NCBI GenBank assembly: GCA_030390025.1 | Contig: CM059438.1 | Coordinates: 62,126,001-62,190,000, forward strand | Direction of reading: 5' to 3' | Source: Squalus acanthias | Taxonomy: Eukaryota | Length of the DNA stretch: 64,000 bases | In this document: piece by piece, positions 11,242 through 22,625 of the stretch | Numbering within the stretch: the first letter of the stretch is position 1 | Layout of the letters: each line of letters opens with the position of its first letter | Made by a program: the position numbers and the translations under genes | The notes under the pieces: generated by a model | Seen by the model: only the letters and a program-made list of their open reading frames with translations | Database searches by the model: none | Told to the model about the DNA's origin: nothing

Positions 11242-12134
11242 CCACCGTTCACTGGGAGCTATGTTTAAATGAGAAAATTAGAACTTACAGAAATATTACC
11301 CTTTTTGTTTTTATTTAAGCGTATATAAAACAATGGGCTTTCTCCTTGGAAGTGTGATGGTATTATTTTCTTAACATTTAAAAATTGTTAACAAAAGAAC
11401 ATTCATGGGGTACGCTACCCTTAATTTGACTGGTCCTACCAACTTCATTAACAGCTCACAGCATTGATTCCAGCGGTTCAAGTATACAGTGTCCGCAAGA
11501 AAGTAGCAAGAATGCTCCTCTATCTTTATTTGAAAGTTGAGTAGTTTTATTTGAACACCAGCTGATTGGGAAGATTCAGGGAACCATGGCAGTAATGATC
11601 CCGCTGATGGCTTGTCTAAGGCCTATCCCTCCTGGCGCTAAGGTGTGGTGTCTGGGTTGCAGGGTGAGTGTCTTCTGTTTGTCTCTGATGATTGGAATGA
11701 CTCTTGGCAATCGAGTGATTCCACCTCTCAGCACACAGAGCAGCTGCCTATGAACTTCAGAAGTAACGAAAGTAACACACACAGATTACACAAGCAAAAT
11801 ACTGCGGATGCTAGAAATCTGAAATAAAAAAAAAAATGCTGGAAGCACCTTGTGTAGTTGAGGATGTGGCAACTAGGAAAAAGCTTGTGAACGTAATTAC
11901 CATGTTTCTTTTGTGAAGGTATCACCTCTAAAACTATAATACATTCATTTCATTTGGATTACATTTTTAAGCCTATTTGAAATCAAAGTACTGTCACACA
12001 GCAACCAAATTCAAGGGCTTTCAATCTCTTTGTAATTTGGATTTCCAGATATCTAATATCCTCTTTATAATTAGAGTTCACTATTCCCTGAACACAGAAC
12101 GCATCACTGTTTTTCACCCATTTGAATGTCTGTG

Positions 12135-12535
12135 CCTCGACTATTCCAATGCTCTCCTGGCAGGCCTCCCACCTTGCAGCCTCTGTAAGCTCGAGCTCAT
12201 CCAGAACTCTGCTGCCTGTATCCTAAATCTCACCAAGTCCCATTCTCCCGTCACCCCATGTGCTCGCTGACTTATATTGGATCCCGGTGCGGCAGCACCT
12301 CGATTTTAAAATTCTTAACCTTGTTTTCAAATCCCTCCAAGGCCTCGGCCCCCCCTCCCTATCTCTGTAACCTCCTCCAGCCCTACAACCCTCCCGAGAT
12401 CTCTGCGCTCCTCCAATTCTGGTGTCTCGCGCATCCCTGATTTTAATCGCTCCACCGTTGGCGGCCGTGCCTTCAGCTGTCTAGGCTCTAAACACTGGAA
12501 TTCTTCCCTAAACACCTCTGCCTCTCTACCTCTCC
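12135..12535 (+). mobile_element. L2-type LINE fragment
   Basis: LDYSNALLAGLP...LELIQNSAA motif in ORF 11977..12270. Confidence 0.8.
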
Positions 12536-12536
12536 C

Positions 12537-12890
12537 ACCATGGATTTATTAGTGGCTATCTTAGATTTATGACCCCCAATTTTGAGCTCCCCCACAAGTG
12601 AAAACATCTTCTCTACGTCTACCCTATCAAACCCCTTCATAATTTTTAAAATCTCTATAAGGTTACCCCTCAATCTTTCTTTGAGAGAAAAGAGCCCCAT
12701 CCTGTTCAGTCTTTTCTGATGGTTATAAACTCCCAGTTCTGGTATCATTCTTGTAAAGCTTTTTTGCCCCTTCTCCGGTGCCTCTATATCCTTTTTGTAA
12801 TATGGAGACCAGACCTGTGCACAGTATTTAAGAGTGGTCTAAACAAGGTTATATACAAGTTTAACATAACCTCTCTGCTTTTCAGTTCTA
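12537..12890 (-). mobile_element. CR1 3' fragment
   Basis: ORF 12488..12748 MIPELG...GLFSLKERLRGNLIEILKIMKGFDRVD. Confidence 0.8.
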
Positions 12891-13107
12891 CTTCATAGGA
12901 TCGGAGCTTGTATTCCTAATCTCTGGAAATGTATCTGGAGCTGCTGAGAGCTCGCAGTCCAACACTGTTGGAGAAGCAAAGCTTGGTTCCATGTAGACCA
13001 AGTGCTGAACTGAAGCCTGTACCTTTCGACTGCTCTTTGTTAATCAGGACGCTGTTGTATCAGACAGTGCTGCTGAGGAAGGAGCAGTGGTGTGCACAAC
13101 AGGTGCC

Positions 13108-13232
13108 AGCCGTGGCTCAGTTGGTAGCACTCTTGCCTCCGAGTAGAAGGTTGTGGGTTCAAGTCCCACTTCAGAGACTTGAGCACAAAAATCTCAGGTC
13201 CACCTGAGAGAGCAAAAGGGTCCTTGATTTAA

Positions 13233-13236
<4 letters not shown>
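13108..13236 (+). mobile_element. Deu-SINE tRNA head followed by a short inverted piece of the Deu core
   Basis: gccgtggctcagttggtagc...ggttcaagtccc; 13200-13236 is the reverse complement of the core gagatgttaaa...ctctcaggtgga. Confidence 0.7.
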
Positions 13237-13279
<43 letters not shown>

Positions 13280-13586
13280 CCCCCCCCCATTCACTCTCTT
13301 CCCATTCACTCTCCTCCCCCCCCCTCGCTCAGTCTCCTCCCCCCCCCTCGCTCAGTCTCCTCCCCCCTCGCTCAGTCTCCTCCCCCCTCGCTCAGTCTCC
13401 TCCCCCCCCCCTCGCTCAGTCTCCTCCCCCCCCCTCGCTCAGTCTCCTCCCCCCTCGCTCAGTCTCCTCCCCCCTCGCTCAGTCTCCTCCCCCCTCGCTC
13501 AGTCTCCTCCCCCCCTCGCTCAGTCTCCTCCCCCCCTCGCTCAGTCTCCTCCCCCCCTCAGTCTCCTCCCCCCCCCCCCCCCCCCC
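13234..13586. repeat. (CT)n microsatellite grading into a ~19-23 bp minisatellite ctcgctcagtctcctc(c)n
   Basis: About 12 units visible at 13324-13570. Confidence 0.92.
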
Positions 13587-13709
13587 ATTCACATACATCC
13601 TTCCCATCATTGGACTATAAATCCCTAAATGGGCATCCTGGCTCCTGATCAATCCATAAACGTTGAATTCCTATCTCAATTGCATTTTAAAAATGTTACA
13701 TGCATCTTC

Positions 13710-14060
13710 CTCAGTGACCCATTGGGTAAAGCCGCTGCCTGCAGTAGCACTGAGTTACATAAAGCACACCCTGGTCTGTGCTGAGAGTTAATTGATCTCG
13801 GCCCAGAGGGACGCTACAAGAACTTTGGAACAAGGAGAGGAAACCTCAGCCAGGGTTCTCGCTGCTGGAAAGTGTTGGGGTGAGAATAGGATTGGGCTTG
13901 TCTGTGATACCATTGCAGTCCAATAGCCTCTACACACTCCCTGTTCTAGGTCCATACATGAAGAATGGTCACTTGAGTGTGGTTCCAGAGTGCTGCTGTC
14001 TTCCGCACGACACTGACTCAGCAGGACTCGGGACCTTTAGAAGGGCTGGAGGGAAGAAGG
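13710..14060 (+). mobile_element. Old tRNA-derived SINE, unclassified family X
   Basis: Shares blocks (tgggtaaa, tgtgctgag, cagccagggttc, aatagcct, gaatggtcactt) with 18628-19830, 40770-40895 and 56690-57066(-). Confidence 0.6.
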
Positions 14061-14244
14061 TGCAACAGTTAGTATTGGCCAAGTTTGGAAGGTGCTGCTT
14101 TTCCCGGCTCCAGCAGTACACTTGTGGTAGCGGAAGCCCCCCAGCACACTGTAGGTGCATCAGAGATGGCTCAATAATGCCAAAGCTCTTGCATGTCATT
14201 GCATAAGCTAACTTTAGTAAACTTTATTATTTTCTCTGTACAAG

Positions 14245-14397
14245 GACGTGGCTTGGGAATCCACACGGTGAGCAACAAATGGGAATCGGTGGGGAATCCT
14301 GCCAGTAATCTCTCCACAGTGGCCATTCTGCCGGTGTCTGAGGACGTTCCCCTTACCACCTTCACCCTGGAACTCCGACACGCACTCTCTGCCATAG
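14245..14397 (+). CDS. PNPLA7: PNPLA7-like exon C
   Basis: tttctctgtacaag|GA...ATAG|gtaaga; 153 nt, phase 1-1; (G)[50 protein letters not shown](G). The KW..GNP and HALSAIG motifs are PNPLA7-like. The acceptor is the less common AAG. Confidence 0.9.
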
Positions 14398-14911
14398 GTA
14401 AGAAACAATTTAAATAACCCTGTCTAGAGAGCATTTACAGCTTATACTATACACAGTGTGATGCCTAAATCTGTCTACAGTTTATACACCTTACATACAC
14501 TGTACATTGCCTACTCCTGTCTACAGTACATATTATCTATAGTGCGTTTTGTTCTTGCGATTTGGGCATCACTGGATCAACAGTATTTCTTGGCCCGAGG
14601 GAATTTAAGAGCCACGTAGTGTTGGACTGGAATCTCGTGTAGGCCACACCGGCCGTGGGCCGCAGGTTCCCTGAAGGACATTCGTGAATGCTTGCACGGA
14701 CTCCTGCAAAAAAAAGGACAGCTGATGCCAGTCCCTAAGGTGTCCGTAATTTTACAGGTTTCACGGTTTTGTGCACACTGTACTATATTTCACAATACAA
14801 AGAAATAATTGCACAATTTTTTCTCATGTTACTGCTAAACATTTAAAGCTCACAAAGGTGCTGTACCGTGTCACAGTGGCTTTTAAACTTTTCCGCATGG
14901 GAGAAGTCCAG

Positions 14912-15145
14912 CAAATACTGAATCACTCCCAGAGACACCAGCAAATACTGATTCACTCCCAGAGACACCAGGAAATACTGATTCACTCCCAGAGACACGG
15001 GGAAAATACTGATTCACTCCCAGAGACGCCGGGAAATACTGAATCACTCCGAGACACGGGGAAAATACTGATTCACTCCCAGAGACACCGGGAAAATACT
15101 GAGTTACTCCCAAGGGATCCTCCGCCAATATTGCTTCACTCCCAT
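14912..15145. repeat. ~29-30 bp minisatellite aaatactgattcactcccagagacacc
   Basis: About 7-8 tandem units. Confidence 0.9.
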
Positions 15146-15845
15146 AGACCCCCCCCCCCCCCCCCCGCAAATACTGGCACACATCTGGGCAACCCTTGTC
15201 CTAACGTCTGCAAGATAGTGACGACTATCCGAAGGAAAACAACGCCATAATTTCTTACTATATAGCAACAGAAACAATCAGTATTTGTGGCAGTAAATGC
15301 AGAAAGATGATGCTGAAATTGGATGACTGATGAACAGAAGTCTGACCCAGGGCCTCGTTCAGGTCCAGAGACGACCCCCCCGCCCCCCCCCCCAGCTTGA
15401 AAACATCTGCTGTATAAACCAGCACAGCACTGAGCAGGGAACTCTGTAAACCAGTCGGGAACAGTACAAGCACATTGCCGCTGTTGTGTATTTTCCCTTA
15501 CCTGAATAATACTGCTGAATAATCGTAATGTATAATGTATTCCTTCAAGCATAGGCTGGACCTGTTTCTGGCTGGGGCGGAGATCACTTCGTACAAAAGA
15601 TAGGCACTGCGTTGAATTATCAGGACCAGAGTGATCTGGACGAGTTTCAATCACCCAGAGGGAGATCTGAGAGGACTTTCACAGATTCTTTCCCCCAAAA
15701 TTGGCCTGGATTTTCAATTGTTTCATCGCCTCTCCCAACAACAACAACTTGTATTTATATAGCGCCTTTAACGTAGTAAAACGCTTCACAGAAGTGTCAT
15801 ATGACAAAAAACTGGCGATAACCTGGATTCAGATGGGGCGAAAAG

Positions 15846-16010
15846 CATTGTTCCCTGAAAAAAAAAATTGTGTGTGCATGGTCCCTTTAAGCGTCTACAC
15901 GGCCTATTCAAAGTTCCGCGCATGCGTGGTTTTTCCATTGAGAAACCGGCAACCGGCCTGCACAGGAGCTTCAGCCAGCCGTGCGGCCGCGCAGCTAAAC
16001 GGGAACATTG
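15846..16010. mobile_element. hAT-like MITE with 8-bp TSD
   Basis: TIRs cattgttccc / gggaacattg; TSD gcgaaaag (15838-15845) / gcggaaag (16011-16018). Confidence 0.72.
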
Positions 16011-16098
16011 GCGGAAAGTGTATGTATTGCGATACACAAGGCATCACAACTGTGTGGGCCAGGCTGGACAGACCAGAGGGTCTTTTCCTGTCTGTATG

Positions 16099-16226
16099 TT
16101 CACCTAACGAAGGAGCAGCCGCTCCGAAAGCTTGTGATTTCAAATGAAGCTGTTGAACTATAACCTGGTGTTGTGCGACTTCTCACATTTGTCCACCCCA
16201 GTCCAACACCTGCATCTCCACATCAT
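16099..16226 (+). mobile_element. Solo PLE family B 3' end with tail; hammerhead core mutated (CTAACGA)
   Basis: ttcac-ctaacga-a-ggagc agcc gctcc-gaaagcttgtga...ctccacatca. Confidence 0.85.
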
Positions 16227-17084
16227 GGTTCATATAATAGCCGCAACGGATTCTAACAATTAAAATGTATTAGCCGAGCAAGTGCGATCTGTGAAAATAT
16301 TCAAATGATTTTATAGTGAAAGTTCTAACGGTACATCTCCGTTGCGTTCAGTAGAGGCTATCGATACCCTTCGACTGACCATGGGGTAGTGTAATTAGTG
16401 AGTGATAGCAGCAAAGGGGTGAAACCTCTCCCTCAGTAACTGTGGCACGCTTGACTGCTCACTGAAGCTCACTTGATGTGGCAGGCTTTCATTTTAATGA
16501 TGTTTCTCTTCATAAACAGTGAATCTATCCAGGAGTAAATGAAAGGCTGTAAACCGAACGCAGGCTTTCAAATGGCCTGCGGTTTGCCGTTGTGGTTTTA
16601 TTGGTGGTTTGCCCCCTGCTCCAGGGTTTTGGGCTGCAGGGGCTGACCTTTAAACTCACGGTGAGGTTCCTGTCTCTCAAGCAGCCGCCGGAGACTCATC
16701 ATCCTACTCTTAATGAAGATTGTTCAGTCAGTTGACAGTTCCATTCACACTGGATCTCATAACCTCAAATACACAGAAGAAACAGTGATGACTTTGTAGG
16801 GCATCCAATGTAATTACAAGGTTATTCCATATTAATTAAACTGCCCAGAATGTAATATGAATTTTAATTCAAAGCACCCACTGAATATTTACTATTTGTG
16901 ATTTCTGAGCAGAGACTACAGCTGCTACCATGATGGATAAAATATTCCGTTTATAATTACATTACTATGGGGCCAGGTATAGGTCATAAAAAACACTGGC
17001 GCATAATCAGCCTTAAAGGGAAGGTGGCAATTTGTAATGATTTTTTAAGTGATTCAGAAGTATGGTTCAGATCAAGGAACCGCA

Positions 17085-17103
17085 TGTGTCTGTGTGTGTG
17101 TGT

Positions 17104-17135
<32 letters not shown>
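17085..17135. repeat. (TG)n microsatellite
   Basis: Directly visible. Confidence 0.95.
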
Positions 17136-18627
17136 AGGGTGTTATTACTAGTTATTAACATGGGGAACGTGCTACACTCGGAGGAGGTGTGTGCTATATG
17201 CAAGACTTTTAATATATTACTAGCTGATGTCTCATGGTGCTTCTTGCAGGGAGTCGGAGGTTTTACAAGAACAGAGGCATTTTTCCAAGTAGTATTATTA
17301 GAGACACTGATTTATCAGCTTTGGATGTGCCCTGGTGGGATCTGGGAGCAATGGGAATGAGGCTTGGACTAGGAGTCATGCAGAGAGGGGTTCTGGGAGC
17401 AATGGGGCAGGTCCTGGGATCACTGAAAGAAAGCATCTGGGAGCAATGAGAGGGAGGTTTCATTATCTGGGAGCACTGGGAAGAGGGGTCTTGAAGGTAA
17501 GGTTGAGAAGCAGCAATTTGTTCTTAAAAAGTGTCTGTAAATGATTGGGCTTTAAGCACTTTAATAACACATTGCTGGTTCCCAGCTGAGTGCTGGGAAA
17601 TAGCGAAGAGGAGAGGAGCTGGGCCGGGGCATGAGACAGCAGCTGGAAGGCTGGGTGAATGCCTGCAGGAAGAGGTTGAGGTTTGGGCATTGGCTGAGAC
17701 CACAGGCAGGGAGGATGTGGGACATGAATAAAAGTTGGGAAGTAATGAAGGTGGAAAAGAGTCCAGAGCAGGAGCACAGCTGGAGGCTTAAGCTGAGGGC
17801 AAGGCTGGGGTTGGTGGGCTCACAGTATGTTTTTAATATCAATTTTATATAAATATATATGTCGTTACCTTTTGTATGTTTTATATATGCGCACGTACTC
17901 TTACATATACGTACACGTACCCCCACACATACGTACACACTGGCGTGCACATACATGTGTACGCACACACGCTCACAAGATACAGAGAACATAAACAAAA
18001 TGGTGAAAAAGTACAGCAGCTCCATCAGCACTTAAAAGGAAAAGGCAGGTGAGACCTTTCACAGGTTACTCAAAATGTTAGCTTGCTATATATCCTTGGG
18101 TATAAGACTAGAAATCTAGGTCATTGGGGCTTGTGTTACTGCAGCTCATTAACAGAGTGAATTTCCCTGCTCCTGCCTGCTCCCATTCTCCTGTCTATTT
18201 TGGGCTTACCGCTAACACTTGCCTCTCTGATAATGGACTACTTCTCTCAGACTCCCAGCTCACTGCCTGCCTACAAGCAGCACGTGGAACAATTGGCGAG
18301 CATTAAAATGAGATTTCCTGAAACGACCGATAGGAAGGGGTCTCATATATGGGCTACCTTATCTGTGAGTATGCACAATGTCCTCTCTCAGGTGCTGACA
18401 GATCTGCAGTGTGTTTTCAGGATTTTCATCCTTGTGTACGCAGAGTTGTGAATGTAGGACTTGCATTCACCTGGTTTCTCAGTAATAATGTCTCAGAACA
18501 TTTAGAAAAGTTGTCAGTTTTTTTTACATGAGACACTGGCAATTTGAGCAGGTAAATTTCACTCGAATTAATTTGTCGTTTGCCAAGGGGAAACAAGCAT
18601 AGAATAATCTGCACTTTATGATTGCAT

Positions 18628-19830
18628 GGCAGTGGCCTGATGGGTAAAAGCATTGAGGTAGCACTAACCCATACAGACCATAATACCCTGGGTTGTAGCA
18701 CTGACCCATGCAGACCATAATACCCTGGGTTGTAGCACTGACCCATACAGACCATAATACCCTGGGTTGCAGCACTGACCCATACAGACCATAATACCCT
18801 GGGTTGTAGCACTGACCCATACAGACCATAATACCCTGGGTTGCAGCACTGACCCATACAGACCATAATACCCTGGGTTGTAGCACTGACCCATACAGAC
18901 CATAATACCCTGGGTTGCAGCACTGACCCATACAGACCATAATACCCTGGGTTGTAGCACTGACCCATACAGACCATAATACCCTGGGTTGTAGCACTGA
19001 CCCATACAGACCATAATACCCTGGGTTGTAGCACTGACCCATGCAGACCATAATACCCTGGGTTGTAGCACTGACCCATGCAGACCATAATACCCTGGGT
19101 TGTAGCACTGACCCATACAGACCATAATACCCTGGGTTGTAGCACTGACCCATACAGACCATAATACCCTGGGTTGCAGCACTGACCCATGCAGACCATA
19201 ATACCCTGGGTTGTAGCACTGACCCATACAGACCATAATACCCTGGGTTGTAGCACTGACCCATACAGACCATAATACTCTGGGTTGTAGCACTGACCCA
19301 TACAGACCATAATACCCTGGGTTGTAGCACTGACCCATGTAGACCATAATACTCTGGGTTGTAGCACTGACCCATACAGACCATAATACCCTGGGTTGTA
19401 GCACTGACCCATACAGACCATAATACTCTGGGTTGTAGCACTGACCCATGCAGACTAGCAGGTCCCAGGTTTGAATCCTGACCTGTGCTAAGTTAGCTGA
19501 TCTCAATCAGTGCAACAGTAGGGATGCTAAAATTGGCTTTAGTGCTCTTGGGTTAGGGGAGGAGAGAAACCAGCCAGGGTTCTTGCTCCTGGTCACTGGT
19601 CATTGACCCCCGGTTGGAATATATATGTGTGTGAGAGTGTGTGTTGTTGTCAAATAAGAACAGGATCAGGTTCTGCTTTGATGGCACTGAAGTTGAATAG
19701 CCTGTTGACCCCTACTGTCTAGCCTTCCACATAAATACTGGTCACTTTGGTGAGGTAGCAGAGGGCTAAGAGCACTCATGAAACAACGCGGCATGAGTCA
19801 GTGTCTCAGAGAGGGTGGGGGAATGAAAAT
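18628..19830 (+). mobile_element. Family X tRNA-derived SINE interrupted by a minisatellite
   Basis: A-box-like TGGCCTGATGGG before the array; B-box-like GGTTTGAATCC and family body after it. Confidence 0.65.
18661..19456. repeat. 37-bp minisatellite gcactgacccatacagaccataataccctgggttgta, 21 full units plus a partial
   Basis: Unit starts at 18661, 18698 ... 19438; only single-base variants between units. Confidence 0.97.
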
Positions 19831-19930
19831 TGGAGGGAGGAACATACTGGAAATTACTTCAATGTTGATCTGAATATTCACCATGACACTGATAATGCAT
19901 CTGGCGTGCTGAGGTAAATTGTGTCAGCAT

Positions 19931-20061
19931 GTGCAAGAATGGTGGAGCCATTGGTGTGCAAGAATGGTGGAGCCATTGGTGTGCAAGAATGGTGGAGCCA
20001 TTGGTGTGCAAGAATGGTGGAGCCATTGGTGTGCAAGAATGGTGGAGCCATTGATGTGCAA
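19931..20061. repeat. 25-bp tandem repeat gtgcaagaatggtggagccattggt x5
   Basis: Directly visible. Confidence 0.95.
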
Positions 20062-20924
20062 AGCTTAAAGGAATGAGGTGCTGTTGGTTATCTTGCTAGA
20101 TAATATCTGGCACTGTTTTGCAGAGTTGGCATGCCCGAGCCATCACTCCAGCTTGTTTGACAATTATGTTTTTTTCCTGCTTGTGCACTATTTGTTTCCA
20201 GGTGTTTTTCTCTTGCATGCATCTGTCTTGAGCTCTGCTGCTGCTACTTCCTCTGTTCATTGTTCCTGCCACTCTTTCATCGCTGCCACTCTGTTCCTGG
20301 TTCAGTTCTGCTCCTCCCACTCATTCTCATTCCGTCGGTTTGTGTATCCCAATGTTCTTTCTTCCCTGTTGCTGTCCGTTGCCCATTTCACTGTAGAGAT
20401 CTTGGTGAGTCCGTGAGAGCTATAGTTACAGACTAAGCCCCAGCGACATTGACCATCAACTGACCTCGTGATAATCCGCTAGCCCAACGTCACTGCGTAG
20501 AGCATAAGAACTACAAAATAAATTGTTTAGGATGGCGTAACTTATACATAAGGTTTTAACATATCTTCAAGAAATGACCTTGTGTCTTTGGTGTTGTTGT
20601 GGAGAAGCATCAAGATTCCAAGGGTGTCAGCACAGGATATTGGGGGAGAGGGGGTTACGTTCCTGGGCTGCTCTCGTACAGGCCCGCCCAGCCCAGCACA
20701 GTGCTGAATCAGGGTGAGAGGCCTGCACAGGGCAGCCATTGTTTCTGATGAAAAGCAATGGCACATGATTACATAGAATTACACAGAATTTACAGCACAG
20801 AAACAGGCCATTCAGCCCAAATGTCAGAGATGCCCAAAGTACAGTAATAATGGACTCGAGGAATGACAAAGATACACAATTGTCAGAACATTCTAAGAGG
20901 CAAAATATCCTGTTTATATTGTGA

Positions 20925-21350
20925 GAGAGAGAGAGAGAGACTAGAGAAGCTGGGATTGTTCTCCTTAGAGCAAAGAAGGTTAAGGGGAGATTTAATAGAG
21001 CTGTTCAAAATTATGAGGGGTTTTGATAGAGTAAATAAGGAGAAACTGTTTCCAGTGGCAGGAGGGTCAGTAACCAGAGGACACAAATTTAGATAATTGG
21101 CAAAAAGGCCAGGGGAGAATTTTTTTTTTAACGCATCGAGTTGTTGTGATCTGGAATGCACTGCCTGAAAGGGCGGTGGTAGCAGATTCAGCAGTAACTT
21201 TCAAAAGGGAATCGGATAAATACTTAAAAAGGAAATAATTTGCAGGCCTATGGGGAAAGGGCAGGGGAGCGGGACTAATTGAACGGCTCTTTCAAAGAGC
21301 CGGCACGATGGGCCGAATGGCCTCGTTCTGCGCTGTATGATTCGATTATT
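20925..21350 (+). mobile_element. CR1 3' fragment
   Basis: ERLEKLGLFSLEQRRLRGDLIELFKIMRGFDRV; CR1 3' UTR. Confidence 0.85.
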
Positions 21351-22029
21351 TTACGTAAAAGAGTATTCATTTTTCTATATAAAACTGTATTACAGCCGCC
21401 ATCCACATCGTGACTGTGGGTTTGATTAAGACATAACCTTTTGATTGTCCATAAATTTTATGTCCAGCATAAATAATCGTGCCCAGGAAGCTGAAAGCCA
21501 TAAAGGCAAATTGGTTTATTGTTGTCACTTTCCGCCTGAGATGCGATTTTCATTAGAATTGGCCTTGTATTCCCAGTGCTTGTTTGTTGCTTTATATACA
21601 GTCGTATCATTAATAACCAGGGGGCAGGCTGACCTCCTGGTGTTTGGAAATATTTTTTGAGAACCAGGGGCTGGTATGATTGACGATGGTCGTCAGGGTG
21701 CTCCAGTTCAGCCGGAGTGTAAAGACATTCTCACTGAAAGAGGCGCAGAATTTAATCTACCTTACCTGAAAATAATGCACGTCGCTGAAATTTGTCTTGA
21801 GTTTCATTATCTTTAAGCACACGCCTGCTTTCTTCTGCTATTATAGTCAATGGCTTGTCACAGCAGCAGGATGTAAACACTTGACATTTGTTTTGTTCAA
21901 ACATCCATCTCGTTTTTAGTGCTGCATTATGACGCGATCTCTTTTTATTTTCCCAATCGTCTCCTCAAAGCAGAGTGTTAGCTGGCAACTCAACTCTAGG
22001 AGGGGGACCCTGGGGGGAGCAGATGGACC

Positions 22030-22625
22030 AGGAGTGGGGAGGGGGAGGAGGTGGGCGAGGGGGAGGAGGAGGAGGTGGGCGAGGGGGAGGAGGAGGAGGT
22101 GGGCGAGGGGGAGGAGGAGGAGGTGGGCGATGGGGGGGAGGAGGAGGAGGAGGAGGAGGAGGAGGTGGGCGAGGGGGGGAGGAGGAGGAGGAGGAGGAGG
22201 AGGAGGTGGGCGAGGGGGGGGGAGGAGGGGGAGGAGGAGGAGGAGGAGGTGGGCGAGGGGGAAGAGGAGGAGGAGGAGGAGGTGGGCGAGGGGGAAGAGG
22301 AGGAGGAGGAGGAGGTGGGCGAGGGGGAAGAGGAGGAGGAGGAGGAGGTGGGCGAGGGGGAAGAGGAGGAGGAGGAGGTGGGCGAGGGGGAAGAGGAGGA
22401 GGAGGAGGTGGGCGAGGGGGAGGAGGAGGAGGAGGAGGTGGGCGAGGGGGAGGAGGAGGAGGAGGAGGAGGTGGGCGAGGGGGAGGAGGAGGAGGAGGGA
22501 GGAGTTGGGAGCGGGGGAGGAGTTGGGAGCGGAGGAGGGAGGAGTTGGGAGCGAGCAAGGGGGGTGAAGGGGAGGGTAGTGGATTGGGGGGGGGGGGGGG
22601 GCTAAGAGGGGGGCCTGGGCGGGTG
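22030..22625. repeat. G/A-rich minisatellite gtgggcgagggg(gag)n
   Basis: ~500 bp almost entirely purine on the + strand. Confidence 0.95.

Noticed and set aside
14771..15250. 159-aa ORF with ILIHSQRH repeats (similarly 8989-9666)
   Set aside because: Translation of a minisatellite.
16780..16912. C/D-box snoRNA candidate (gtgatga...ctga)
   Set aside because: No terminal stem and no recognisable rRNA guide; such motifs occur by chance.
18661..19456. 37-bp periodic array resembling CRISPR; three long minus-strand ORFs
   Set aside because: No unique spacers, no cas genes, vertebrate intron. The ORFs arise because the unit has no stop codon on that strand.
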